Below, piece after piece: positions 46,801-56,132 of a DNA stretch of 64,000 nucleotides. The notes under the pieces are model-generated. The model saw nothing but the letters and a program-made list of their open reading frames with translations. It made no database searches and had not been told where the DNA came from. This stretch comes from an uncultured Phascolarctobacterium sp. (lineage in GTDB: Bacteria > Bacillota > Negativicutes > Acidaminococcales > Acidaminococcaceae). How positions within the stretch are numbered: the stretch's first letter is position 1; each line of letters starts with the position of its first letter. Location: contig NZ_CAJMEH010000002.1 in NCBI RefSeq assembly GCF_905212365.1, forward strand, positions 6,683 through 70,682. The letters are read 5' to 3'. A program made the translations under genes and the position numbers.

Positions 46801-48168
46801 GCCGCTGACCGCCAGACTGCCGTTATTGCCGGCAAAAGCGCTGAAATGGTCTATTTTTAAACCGGCTTCGTCCAGCGCGCCGTCCAAAGCCATTTTGTTA
46901 ATCGTCAGACTGCGCCAACGCAAATCAAAGGTATCCGCCGCAGCGTGCAGCTCCACCTTATCCTGCAAAGCCTTGCCCAGCACCGCCAGCTTGGCGTTGA
47001 CGTGAACGTCGTCCGCAGGCCGGTCAGGCAGATGATGGGTTACATTTTGCAGCTGAACGTCGGCTGTCAGCACCTGCTCCTTAATGCTGTAAGCGCCGTT
47101 AGCCCTTATGCTGCCGCCGCCATATTCCGCTTGGAAGCCGTCTAAAATAATATTTTCTTTATCGGCGCGGAAGGGCAAGCGCAGCTTAGCAGCCTCGTAG
47201 CTGCCATAAGCCAAGCTGTCCGCCGTCACTACGCCCTCGCCCCGAGGCGCTTCGATATCGCTCAGGTCGGCCTCACCCTCCAGGCGCAGCTTTTGCCCGT
47301 CCACGCCCACGTCAAGGCCATTGACCTGCACCACATTATCACGAGCGCGCAGCAAACCGTTCAGCGCTACCTTATGCTTTTCGTTCGCCGCCAGTATTTC
47401 GGCTTGCAGCCCAGCTAAAGCCACCTCGCCAGAAAAGCTCTGCCCGCCGTTTTCATTGACATACAAAACGGCTAGCTTGCCCAGTCCGCCCTGCAAATTA
47501 TCCAACCCGGCGTAGCGTTTCGCCAAAGCGCCATAAGCCGCCAGCGCCAGCTTATCGCCCTTCACCTGCAAGCGGCCTTCGCCCTTGGAAGTCAGCAAAC
47601 CGCTAACGCCCAACCTGTCCGTACCGCTGGTCAGCTGCATATCAACGCCAAATTTCGGATTAGCGCCGCCGTTCAGCGTGCCCTCCACGCCAAAATCCCA
47701 TTGACCCTCAGGCGTCGCTACCCGCAGGCTGCCGCCGGTAATTTCCAATAGGCCATAAAAGGGCGTTTCGTCGGAATCAGAAGGCTTGAGCAAATGCTGC
47801 ATATTCCATTGCTCGTTGTCATTCATCGCCAAATAAGCCTTCGGACGCATCAGCTCTATTTTGCTTACGGCTCGCGCGCCCTTATCCAGCGCCAGCCATG
47901 GGCGCAAATGCACAATGGTACGCGGCAGCTCGGCTACCGTGCTGCCGTTAGCGTCCCTTATCACAACATTGTCTATCTCTGCGCTCAGGCCGCCGTTCCA
48001 GGTCAGCTCGCCGATGGACACGCTGCCGTTGATATAATCGTCGGCCATAGCCTCCGCCTGCGGCACCAGCTGCCGCAAATAGGAGGGCATAACCGTATGC
48101 ACCAGAAAAATATAGCCTGCGCTGAGCAGCACTATTAAAAAACCTAGGAATCTGAAATATTTTTTCAT
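43879..48168 (-). CDS. tamB: translocation and assembly module protein TamB (AsmA-like, DUF490)
   Basis: 1429 aa. Single N-terminal TM, a long beta-rich periplasmic domain and the DUF490 C-terminus ...DWYGLEYKISF. Confidence 0.8.
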   Translation of the reverse strand: MKKYFRFLGFLIVLLSAGYIFLVHTVMPSYLRQLVPQAEAMADDYINGSVSIGELTWNGGLSAEIDNVVIRDANGSTVAELPRTIVHLRPWLALDKGARAVSKIELMRPKAYLAMNDNEQWNMQHLLKPSDSDETPFYGLLEITGGSLRVATPEGQWDFGVEGTLNGGANPKFGVDMQLTSGTDRLGVSGLLTSKGEGRLQVKGDKLALAAYGALAKRYAGLDNLQGGLGKLAVLYVNENGGQSFSGEVALAGLQAEILAANEKHKVALNGLLRARDNVVQVNGLDVGVDGQKLRLEGEADLSDIEAPRGEGVVTADSLAYGSYEAAKLRLPFRADKENIILDGFQAEYGGGSIRANGAYSIKEQVLTADVQLQNVTHHLPDRPADDVHVNAKLAVLGKALQDKVELHAAADTFDLRWRSLTINKMALDGALDEAGLKIDHFSAFAGNNGSLAVSGSVAKDGTVALQGRMADFPINPLLDIAAGQEASGLCSTGFAIGGKLTAPEFSGMVQLTQAEFLKQKIDEAHGFISLKDNVLTIKNLVANMEQGKHFLDGSIDLRGEEPAFELSLETQGVRIEPIMQLLAPDASVTGNLDNIMQLSGTVSHPSVYGEVHATDGSAAKQLFNSVSGRYIYEDGRLELHNFLIQAFLASIKLDGVMTADQRLDFNMDAKNVDLAHLPIKDETVDLDGLLDAKGHLGGVLNSPTFNGDIASEKIYINGEVLSELQGTLDSNAKEKNIFQVSFKQPYKDDPLNYGIYSADINIDTVQRFVQGKVLMAWGDIGGLLRMARQDYDINGQMQGELSFNPQGKGSGITIAVNADDVKIHELNYAHMNFNGHLQNGIVSFDNVKLQEQKDVSDRGLIVADGRIDLRKKGMDMALSSVKANPAIVTAVMKDPPEIKGEMDMTVKLGGTIDEPQGTGSLEIADGSVAGVSIDRLTAMLSLNNDNIHLQQFSAVKDAYGVKAEGDIPLDLFRSREQRRNPHAQMNIIADLNEARMGILPAMTKMVEWGVGDTQGQVRLAGTLEEPLLFGSLKITEGAVKLKYIDTVLENINLDVDFNGNTVLLRDLSTKLGKGTLAAEGSYALNTSMDTGYSLHIMAKNAEIASQIFTGSINSDVTIEPQKYRDFSKPRSNNAPPPMAYRPLVKGSVLLDDVLVNMPTIPELGEGESNIGLDMRVDLGRRIHLYNSYLYDIWLGGGIQIKGSSKYPLIDGTIRAEKGSVTYLRTDFKLNKASLNWIEPGSFLPNVNLESTARFSRYNIFMKINGPVENMDLQLQSDPPMERNTIIRMLTLQRDTAGSNEVTSEDMNNLMTVGLQMTVLGDVETWVKQTLGLDQFRIYTGKVRSGIGFESSKDRNQELTPDERNQYNVLVSKYLNDKLMIGYTTSFDALDRSVFGQYDISRHFNITYSRSYDMSDTEDWYGLEYKISF

Positions 48169-48340
48169 CTATACTTCACCAGCCGTAAATCCTCCAAAAG
48201 TACCGTTTCAGACAACCACTGTACAGCCTGCCTGAACGTAAGCAAAATTTTCGCTAAGCCTATAGCTAGACTTTTATTATTTCGACATTACGGCTATTCT
48301 TCCTCTTTATTTCCAATTATTTCACAAATAGGCGAATAAA

Positions 48341-48379
48341 CGCAAAAAAATAACCGGCAAAGCAGCTTCCTTGCCGGTT
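48341..48379 (-). terminator. rho-independent terminator downstream of tolC
   Basis: Stem aaccggcaa / ttgccggtt with a 10-nt loop, followed on the minus strand by TTATTTTTTTG. Confidence 0.6.
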
Positions 48380-48402
48380 ATCAGTTGCATATTCAAAGAT
48401 AT

Positions 48403-49806
48403 TTATTCTGCCGCCTTTTCAGCGCCTGCTTCAGCTTGCTCAGTCTTAGGAGCCTCTACGCTGATTTTTGTCGGGAACGCCATAGGTACGCCGATAGCGG
48501 TTTCCAGAGAGGTCTTGGAGGTATTGTAATCATACAAGGCCTGCAAATAGTTTGTCTTAGCCGTGGTCAAAGCCACCTGCGCGTCCAGCACGTCGGTGTT
48601 GGTGCCCACGCCGTTCATGTAACGCAGCTGAGCGATACGGTAATCCTCATCAGCCTGGTCAACTGCCAGATGCGTAGCGTCGATACGCTTTTCAGCTTCG
48701 CGCAGGCTTAAATAATTAGTACGCACGTCCAAATTTACAGAATCAACTTTATCGCGATAGGTTTCATGAGCCTTAGCCAAATCAGCCTCTGCACCGTGAA
48801 TCCTGGAATTGGTCACGCCGGTATCGAATAAATTCCAGTTGACATTCAGTCTAACGTCCCAGTTACCGTTTTCATCACCAGGCCAATTAGTATTGTTCCA
48901 GTTTTGGCTGGCGCTGGCTGTAACTTGCGGCATATGACCGGAAATGGCTACGCGCAGCGCGCCTTTAGCGGCTTCTACATTCTGCTTAGCCTGCTCCAGC
49001 TCCGGACGGTGTTCGGACGCATAATTCAAGCAAGCCTCCAAATCCTTATCGTAAGGCGTATAGACTAAAATATTATCCAGCTTGAGCTGGGTATCCATGG
49101 GCAAGCCCACGATTTTATTCAGATTAGCTTCGGCGATTTGATAATTATTTTCGTACTGAATCAAGGTCTGCTTGGCGTTGGCCAGCTCTACCTGGCTGCG
49201 CAGCACGTCGACCTTAGCGACAACGCCGACTTCATATTGCGCTTCGACGTTTTTCAGATGGTCGGCCAGCTGCTCCACGGACTCGCGTCCCAAGTCCTGC
49301 ATATTGCCGGCCTGCAGCATATCGAAATAACCGTTGGTTACGGTAGAACGCATATCGTTGTAAGCCTTTTGCACGCCTTCTACCGTATACAGGTAGTTAG
49401 CCTTAGCCTGTTTAACTGTACCGCTCAACTTGCCGCCAGTGTAAATAGGAATAGAAGCCGTCAAGCTATTAGAATGAGTATTGCCAATGGCTTTATAATA
49501 TTCACCTGTCCAAAAGCCGTCGGGGTTCGTTTTTCTTACAACATTATCGTCGTAACCGCTGCGCTGAGTACTGTGATTAGCGCTGATGGTAATACCGCGG
49601 CTTTGGCGGGCGGCGTTGTAATTAGCGCGTGCGCTGTCGCGTTCATACCCGGAGATAGTAATCGCGGGGTTGGTATTAAAGGCGCGCTCCATGGCGTCCT
49701 GCAAATTCAGCTCCACGGTTTCACCGGCAAAAGCTGATTGGCACAGCAGCAAAGATACGGCAGCCGACAGAGTCAGCAATCGTTTACTTAATTTATGTCC
49801 ACTCAT
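48403..49806 (-). CDS. tolC: TolC-family outer membrane efflux protein
   Basis: Signal peptide and two OEP repeats (coiled-coil/beta-barrel periodicity). 467 aa. Confidence 0.8.
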   Translation of the reverse strand: MSGHKLSKRLLTLSAAVSLLLCQSAFAGETVELNLQDAMERAFNTNPAITISGYERDSARANYNAARQSRGITISANHSTQRSGYDDNVVRKTNPDGFWTGEYYKAIGNTHSNSLTASIPIYTGGKLSGTVKQAKANYLYTVEGVQKAYNDMRSTVTNGYFDMLQAGNMQDLGRESVEQLADHLKNVEAQYEVGVVAKVDVLRSQVELANAKQTLIQYENNYQIAEANLNKIVGLPMDTQLKLDNILVYTPYDKDLEACLNYASEHRPELEQAKQNVEAAKGALRVAISGHMPQVTASASQNWNNTNWPGDENGNWDVRLNVNWNLFDTGVTNSRIHGAEADLAKAHETYRDKVDSVNLDVRTNYLSLREAEKRIDATHLAVDQADEDYRIAQLRYMNGVGTNTDVLDAQVALTTAKTNYLQALYDYNTSKTSLETAIGVPMAFPTKISVEAPKTEQAEAGAEKAAE

Positions 49807-49928
49807 CGATAAACCTCCATTTCATTCTGACCAACCAGTCAGTATAAAGAAATTATATTTTTTTTCTTCTAAAATGTCAAATGAAATTTCTGTAAACCTC
49901 CACAGTATGCGCCTCTACTGCTGCAAGC

Positions 49929-51284
49929 TTAAAAATAAGTTCTTACGCCCATATAGGTATCGCGCTTGCTGCCGCGCACATCCATGGTCTCGCCGTACAG
50001 GGAAAAGCTGTCTGTCAAGCGCAGCTCGCCGCCCACGCGCACCTTGGCGTCGTCAAAATCGTAAAGCTGGGAATACAGCTTAAAATCGCGGCTCAAGTCG
50101 TAGCTCAGGCCCACGCCGAACTCCCCCTGCATAGCGCCCATGCTTACTCCGGCATGGCCCAGCTGCCGTCCGACAATAAAGTCAAATTTATTAGCGTCGC
50201 CGATATCATAGCCGCCCATATACAAAAAGGCCTCGTCGCTGGGCCGCAGCGTTACGCCTAAATTCCCGCGCCAATCGCCGCCCTTGGCCGCATAGCCTGC
50301 ATCTGCCGAAACTTCTGCCTCCGTCAGCGTACCTAAAATTTTATTAGCCTTAGCGCTGGTTTCCTTGACGTTAACCAACGTGTCCTTTAAGGACTGCTGT
50401 GTTACCGGGTCCTGCGCAACAGATTCCAGCATCTGCACAATGTTTTCCATGCGTTCGCTGGTCTGCTCTATATTAGCGACAATCGCGGCTATATTACGCC
50501 CTGTCTGACCGTTATTATCCACGCCGTCCATAATGCTTTCAATATGCGAAACCGTGCCGTTCATATGCTGGCTTAACTCGCTCATCTGCTGTATCATGCG
50601 GCTGATATCCTGCTGGTTAGCCACGGCGACGTCGGCCATTACCTTAGTAAAGGTATTCATATTCTCGCTGATATCGCGCATATTTCTAAAGCCGTCCTTC
50701 ATGGACTCCTGTACTTCCTTATCGCCGAAGATATTTTCAAACGCGACAGCGATATTTTCCAGACGGCCGACTAAATCGCCGGAATTAGCAAAGAACTCGT
50801 CCATACCGCCGCCGGGCAGACCTTTAATCGTACTGCCTTCGGCAATAAAGCCCTGCCCCATTTTTTGCGGCGGCGCTACGTTCACGTATTTTTCGCCCAT
50901 GATGCCGTCCGCAGCGATGCTGAACACAGCTCCTTGAGGAATTTTAATATGGTCGTCTATTTCAGCAATAACCTCAACCTTGTCGGGAGATACCTTCAGC
51001 TCCTTTACCGTGCCCACCTGCACGCCGGCATAGCGCACTACATGGCCCGGCATCAGGCCGCTGACCTGCGGATAATTGATGCGCAGCTCATAGCCCTTTT
51101 TGCCGAAGGAAAACGCTCCCATAAAGGTAATGATGCCTGCCAGCACCACTGCGCCGCCTAAGGCGAATGCACCTACTTTAACCTCACTGCTGCCCATCTG
51201 CATCCTCCTCTTTCCATTCCAATCCGTTGATAAAAGCGTGTACAACCGGATTACCGCTGTTTTTGATTTCATCCACCGTACCAA
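49929..51284 (-). CDS. mlaD: MlaD (MCE-domain) protein with a long C-terminal extension ending in a beta-strand-like segment with terminal Phe
   Basis: The N-terminal TM plus MCE domain (YELRINYPQVSGLMPGHVVRYAGVQVGTV) occupies about 150 aa. About 300 further aa of helical then beta-rich sequence end in ...GVRTYF. The likely start is the internal MQMG, at about 51203. Confidence 0.8.
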   Translation of the reverse strand: MVRWMKSKTAVIRLYTLLSTDWNGKRRMQMGSSEVKVGAFALGGAVVLAGIITFMGAFSFGKKGYELRINYPQVSGLMPGHVVRYAGVQVGTVKELKVSPDKVEVIAEIDDHIKIPQGAVFSIAADGIMGEKYVNVAPPQKMGQGFIAEGSTIKGLPGGGMDEFFANSGDLVGRLENIAVAFENIFGDKEVQESMKDGFRNMRDISENMNTFTKVMADVAVANQQDISRMIQQMSELSQHMNGTVSHIESIMDGVDNNGQTGRNIAAIVANIEQTSERMENIVQMLESVAQDPVTQQSLKDTLVNVKETSAKANKILGTLTEAEVSADAGYAAKGGDWRGNLGVTLRPSDEAFLYMGGYDIGDANKFDFIVGRQLGHAGVSMGAMQGEFGVGLSYDLSRDFKLYSQLYDFDDAKVRVGGELRLTDSFSLYGETMDVRGSKRDTYMGVRTYF

Positions 51285-51957
51285 GCTGCACTATCCTGCC
51301 CTTGTACAGCATAGCTATGCGGTCGGCCGCCGCATAAGCCGAAGCCATATCGTGCGTTACCAAAACCGACGTCACTCCCAACTGCCGCTGCGTCTTGCGT
51401 ATCAGCCTGCTGATGGTCATAGTCATTACCGGGTCCAGCCCCGACGTGGGCTCGTCATAAAAAACTATCTGCGGCTCCATAGCCAGCGCCCGCGCCAGGC
51501 CGACGCGCTTTTTCATACCGCCGGATAATTCCGACGGCAGCAACTTTTGCGTATCCGGCATACCCACCATTTGCAAAAGCTCGCTCACGCGCTCAGCTAT
51601 CTCTTCTTCCGACAGGCGCAGCTGCCGCCGCAGGCCGAAGGCTACATTATCGCCCACATTAAGGAAATCGAACAGCGCGGAATATTGAAAAACAACGCCC
51701 ATACGCTTGCGCAGCGCGTCCCATTGCTCCTCGCCAAAGCTGCCGGTTTCCTGCCCGTCGATGACCACGCTGCCGCCGGTCGGCGGCAACAGCCCCGTCA
51801 GCACCTTGATAACCGTGCTTTTACCGGTACCGGATGGGCCGATGATGGCCAGCGTTTCTCCGGCATAGACGTCCAAATCCATATTATTGAGAACGACCTT
51901 GTCCCCAAAAGCAATTTTCAGTTGGCGAATTTTAATCATCGGCTCTTTATTCTGCAC
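51184..51957 (-). CDS. mlaF: phospholipid ABC transporter ATP-binding protein MlaF
   Basis: Walker A GPSGTGKST, signature LSGGMKKRV, Walker B VFYDEPTSGLD. Confidence 0.9.
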   Translation of the reverse strand: MQNKEPMIKIRQLKIAFGDKVVLNNMDLDVYAGETLAIIGPSGTGKSTVIKVLTGLLPPTGGSVVIDGQETGSFGEEQWDALRKRMGVVFQYSALFDFLNVGDNVAFGLRRQLRLSEEEIAERVSELLQMVGMPDTQKLLPSELSGGMKKRVGLARALAMEPQIVFYDEPTSGLDPVMTMTISRLIRKTQRQLGVTSVLVTHDMASAYAAADRIAMLYKGRIVQLGTVDEIKNSGNPVVHAFINGLEWKEEDADGQQ

Positions 51958-51969
51958 AGCGCCAACTCC

Positions 51970-52740
51970 TTATACATAAATCACGATGGATAAGAAATAA
52001 TTAAAAATAAAAATCAGGATAATAGAAAGAACTACCGACGCCGTTGTAGCCAGCCCGACGCCCTCCGCGCCGTTAGGAGCGTTCAGTCCCTTATAGCAGC
52101 CCACAATGGCGATAATCGCGCCGAAGAAACAGCTTTTAAGCATACCGCCGAACACGTCGTAAAATTCCGCCAGCGTCCTGATAGAATTTTCATAAGTAAA
52201 GGTACCGATGCCCGCATAATAGTGAGCCACAATCCAGCCGCCGATATTGCCGATAAAATTAGCGAAAATAACCAGCACCGGCATCATCAGCACCACCGCC
52301 AAAAAACGCGGCACCACCAAAAAGCTTATGGGATTAGCCGCCATAACGCGCAAAGCGTCTATCTGCTCCGTGACCTTCATGGTTCCCAGCTCCGCCGCAA
52401 TCGCCGCGCCAATGCGCCCCGCCACGACCACGCCTACTAAAACGGGCACCAGCTCGCGGGCCATGGCGATGGCTACAATGCCGCCGACGGTGGAGGCGGC
52501 GCCCAAGCGCACAAACTCCTTAGCCGTCTGCACGGAAAATACCATGCCCGTACACATAATGGTCATCAGCACAATGGGCAGGGAGTCGGCTCCCAAAAGA
52601 GCCATCTGCCGCACTACCTCTTTCATATCCGCGTCCTTTAAACGGCGCAGCGTCGCTATAAAAAGCAGCGTCAGCCTGCCGCTGGCAGCGCAAAAATCCA
52701 ATATTCGTTTGCCCAGAGCTCTACAAATTGCTTGCAGCAT
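51970..52740 (-). CDS. mlaE: phospholipid ABC transporter permease MlaE
   Basis: 256 aa, 5 to 6 TM helices, MlaE-family conserved core. Adjacent to mlaF and mlaD. Confidence 0.85.
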   Translation of the reverse strand: MLQAICRALGKRILDFCAASGRLTLLFIATLRRLKDADMKEVVRQMALLGADSLPIVLMTIMCTGMVFSVQTAKEFVRLGAASTVGGIVAIAMARELVPVLVGVVVAGRIGAAIAAELGTMKVTEQIDALRVMAANPISFLVVPRFLAVVLMMPVLVIFANFIGNIGGWIVAHYYAGIGTFTYENSIRTLAEFYDVFGGMLKSCFFGAIIAIVGCYKGLNAPNGAEGVGLATTASVVLSIILIFIFNYFLSIVIYV

Positions 52741-52818
52741 ATGCTTAACCTTCTACTTCCGCTTTTGTTATACTAATTATACTAAAAAATATGACATTTA
52801 TATGGCGCAGGGAAATTT

Positions 52819-54501
52819 TTATTTGCTTACCTCTAAGACAATCTCCTCTTCGCCGTCAATGATAAAATCAAAGGGATATTTCTGCTTAAATGGCGAACCC
52901 TGCAGCAGTCCGGCCAGCCCCGCGTCGTTCTGCATCATTTCAGGGTTCATCTGGCCCGTGGCGATGTCGATAATCAGCTCGTTATTTTTATCGGCGTTAT
53001 TAACGCTCCTGACAAAATCGCCCAAGGTGCGGCGCGTTTCCTTCTTCTGCTGCGCCGCAGGCACGCCCTCCTCCTGCTGCTTGCGCAAAAGGTTCATAAC
53101 CCAGGCCATGCTGCTGCCGCCGCGCACATTCAGCGCTAAACGGCCGCCGGGATGGTCCTTGGGCACTTTAAAATATACTGTTTTAGTAAATTCTGCGCCG
53201 CGGTAGGGCTTCATTACCACCTCAACGGCAGCTTTATCGCCGGGCCTTACGTTTTTATTGACGGCCCTCACGCTCTGGATTTCGGCCACCTGCACCTGCT
53301 CGCTGACCTCGGCCTCCACAGTGATGCCGTAAATGTTGACCGGCTCAAATTTATTCTGCATTAAAATATTTACTGCTTCCATCAGCTCCACATTCACATT
53401 TTTTAGCAGCGAATCGCTGGAATAAAACATATTTTCCCTGTCGATATGCAGCATTTGCTTCTTACTGTCCACGCCAGTAATAATAAAATGCAGCTTGGCC
53501 GTACCGCCGCCGTTGCGGTCCACAGCCTTGCTCAGCGTATTGATAACGGCGGCGTCCACAATAGTAGGCACCAGCATTTCATCCTCCACCAGCCGCACGC
53601 GAATGCTGGTTCCCTGGCCGCGGCTGCTGTCGTTGACCGTAACAAATAAGGGTATGGTTTTGGGCTGCGTTCCCTGCTTGCCGCCGATGCCGCTGGCGCG
53701 GTCCTGAGTAAAGCTGCCCACAGCCTCGCCCATATTGCCCACCTTATAGCTGCTCTGCATATTAGGCACTACGCCCAATACCCACACCTTGTTCATAAAG
53801 AAATTGCTGTCGCCACGCTGCATAAAGGGATGCCCGAAGGCCAGCACCCGGCCGGAGTCGTCCGTCCAGGTGACGGTACCCATAGCGCCCAAAGTCAAAT
53901 CTCCCTGCATGAGCGAAGCGCCCACCGCGCTGCCAGGCTGCAAAGAGCCTGACGCAGCGGCACTCGTACCGCCGCTGCCCACAGCCTCCAGCCCCAAAGG
54001 TTTAAGCTTTTCCTGCAAATACGCCAAGCCGTAGTCCGTAAAGCCTCCCGCTAACAGCGAGGTCCCTTTGGTCAACCAGCCCGCAGGCAGCGGACGCGGC
54101 TTATCCAGCAAGGGCAGCATACTGCCGATAGACGTCAAAAAGCAATAATGAGGGTCGTTAAAGGTGCGGCCAAAAGCCACAGCTCCCACTAAACGCCCGT
54201 CAACATACACGGGGCTGCCGCTCATTCCCTGAGCCACGCCGCCGGTCTTTTCAATTAAATCGCCGTAAAGACGTACAAAAATGCTGTAGCCGGTGGCTTC
54301 GCTGCCGCTGACGCCCAAAATTTCCACGTTAAAGTTTTCAATAGTATCGCCGCTGATAACGGTTTTGCCCACTCCCTGCATTCCCGGCCGCAAATCGCGC
54401 ACAGGCATCAGGGGAACATTGGCAGCCGCTGCCGCCAGCATTTGGCAGCACAGCAGTAAGGCTATCACAAATATTTTCATATAAACTCCTATATACCGCA
54501 A
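52819..54501 (-). CDS. SpoIVB-like S55 family serine peptidase
   Basis: The catalytic-serine motif GVAQGMSGSPVYVDGRLVGA matches the SpoIVB GxSGSP motif. Signal peptide present. 560 aa. Confidence 0.5.
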   Translation of the reverse strand: MRYIGVYMKIFVIALLLCCQMLAAAAANVPLMPVRDLRPGMQGVGKTVISGDTIENFNVEILGVSGSEATGYSIFVRLYGDLIEKTGGVAQGMSGSPVYVDGRLVGAVAFGRTFNDPHYCFLTSIGSMLPLLDKPRPLPAGWLTKGTSLLAGGFTDYGLAYLQEKLKPLGLEAVGSGGTSAAASGSLQPGSAVGASLMQGDLTLGAMGTVTWTDDSGRVLAFGHPFMQRGDSNFFMNKVWVLGVVPNMQSSYKVGNMGEAVGSFTQDRASGIGGKQGTQPKTIPLFVTVNDSSRGQGTSIRVRLVEDEMLVPTIVDAAVINTLSKAVDRNGGGTAKLHFIITGVDSKKQMLHIDRENMFYSSDSLLKNVNVELMEAVNILMQNKFEPVNIYGITVEAEVSEQVQVAEIQSVRAVNKNVRPGDKAAVEVVMKPYRGAEFTKTVYFKVPKDHPGGRLALNVRGGSSMAWVMNLLRKQQEEGVPAAQQKKETRRTLGDFVRSVNNADKNNELIIDIATGQMNPEMMQNDAGLAGLLQGSPFKQKYPFDFIIDGEEEIVLEVSK

Positions 54502-54637
54502 AACCGGCGGGATGCACCTCGCCGGTATTCGATGCGCGTCCCAGCGCTAAGCGCCGCAACGCTTGTTTACTGATTAGCTGCGCTTTAATAATCTGCTTTA
54601 ATTATACAGCCATCCGCAGTTTTTGACAAGCATTTCA

Positions 54638-56026
54638 CTATTTTGTAAACAAGCCCAAACCAATGCTGACGCTGCGTTCCTTGCCGTCGGACGGCTTATT
54701 GACCACCTGCCCGTTAATAGCCATTACGCTGCTGCCGCCGCCGTCAAAATTAACTGCGTCCCGCGCGCCCAGCCGCAGCATATAGGCGGCCAGCTCCGCC
54801 AGCGTCAGCCCGGCAGAATTATTATTGCGTCCGTCCACTACCACCAAAAGCACCGTGCCGTCCTTCTTCACGCCCACTGCGGTACGCGGCGCCTTGCCTT
54901 TGGCAATATCGGGAGCAATGTTTTCCTCCTGCACCCGCACCTTCACACGTCCGCGTTCCACTAAAAGCGGACCGCCGCTGACCACGGTAGCTGCTGCATC
55001 GGCGGCGGCGCTGCCCAGACCTTCCGTCAGCTCCACCCTATCGCCTACGCGCAGGGAAGCCAGAGCCGCCGCATTAACGCCATGCCCGGAAATAATCACG
55101 CTGCCCGGCGTAATCGGCATATTGCCAGCAGTGGATACGGCTGTGACACGATTATTCGTCAGCTTCACCTCGCGGCCAAAGCTGTTGGTTTTAGTCGTAG
55201 GCGCATAATAGCTGTTGTACAGCACTAAATCGTCGGCAATCCGCGCCCGGTTCATGCCCTTGATATGCAGCACGCTGCCATTGGGCAGACGCAGGCTGCC
55301 GGTATAGCCTATATCGGCCAGCACGTCGGTCGCGCCGTTCGTTACGATGATACCGCTGCGGGGCTGCTCGTCCATGGCCATCATCAAGCCCTGATTTTTA
55401 ACCGTACCAATTACCCAGCCGTCGCTGTCAAAATAAGAAGCGTTAATAGCCGCCAGCATTTTTCTGACCGCCGCCTGCCGCGATACCAATCCGCGTCCGT
55501 TATAGGTTCCTGCCGCCGAAAAGGGCAGCAGCCTGTATTTAGCCGTTGGCGCAACCTCTACCGCATAAGCCTGAATCTGCCGCCCGTTCATCTCGTCCTG
55601 CAAATAGCTGTAGGTCACGCCCTCGGCCAGCTTTTTGCTTTGCTTCACGATATTGATGCGGAAAATATCCACCACCAGACGGTGAGGCTCCTGCAGCTGG
55701 TAAATCTTGTATTGGCAATCCTTTTTCAAATCGATAAGCAGTCTGGCGGAAGTCTTGCCCGCAGGCTCCAGCCGCACGCTCTTGATAGAGCCGTCGTTAA
55801 TTTTCGGCTGCTGCTTCTTCGCCGTACTCTGCGGCAGCTCTAGTTCCAGCCTTAAATTATCTTTATCCGCCTTATAAGCGATAGGCTCCTTACTGTCCAG
55901 TACGATACGCACGCGCGCCGGACTGACGCTGGCGCGCAAATTATCGATAGGAGCGGCGTAAGCCAAGGACGCCAGCCCTAATAAAACGCAGGCTAAAGCG
56001 CCGCTGAAAAATTTTCTCACTTGCAT
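54638..56026 (-). CDS. AMIN domain plus phosphodiester glycosidase (NAGPA-like, DUF2233) family protein
   Basis: N-terminal AMIN-like beta domain (VRIVLDSKEPIAYKADKDNLRLELELP...RLVVDI). C-terminal ...VNFDGGGSSVMAING is typical of DUF2233. Confidence 0.45.
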   Translation of the reverse strand: MQVRKFFSGALACVLLGLASLAYAAPIDNLRASVSPARVRIVLDSKEPIAYKADKDNLRLELELPQSTAKKQQPKINDGSIKSVRLEPAGKTSARLLIDLKKDCQYKIYQLQEPHRLVVDIFRINIVKQSKKLAEGVTYSYLQDEMNGRQIQAYAVEVAPTAKYRLLPFSAAGTYNGRGLVSRQAAVRKMLAAINASYFDSDGWVIGTVKNQGLMMAMDEQPRSGIIVTNGATDVLADIGYTGSLRLPNGSVLHIKGMNRARIADDLVLYNSYYAPTTKTNSFGREVKLTNNRVTAVSTAGNMPITPGSVIISGHGVNAAALASLRVGDRVELTEGLGSAAADAAATVVSGGPLLVERGRVKVRVQEENIAPDIAKGKAPRTAVGVKKDGTVLLVVVDGRNNNSAGLTLAELAAYMLRLGARDAVNFDGGGSSVMAINGQVVNKPSDGKERSVSIGLGLFTK

Positions 56027-56132
56027 ATAAGCCTCCCTGCTCTATAAAAGCTGTTCTGCGCAAAAATAAAAGAAAGGCTCCCCAATACGGGGAGCTCATC
56101 CGCACAACGCCCTGCGGCGCCGGCAGCTTCCT

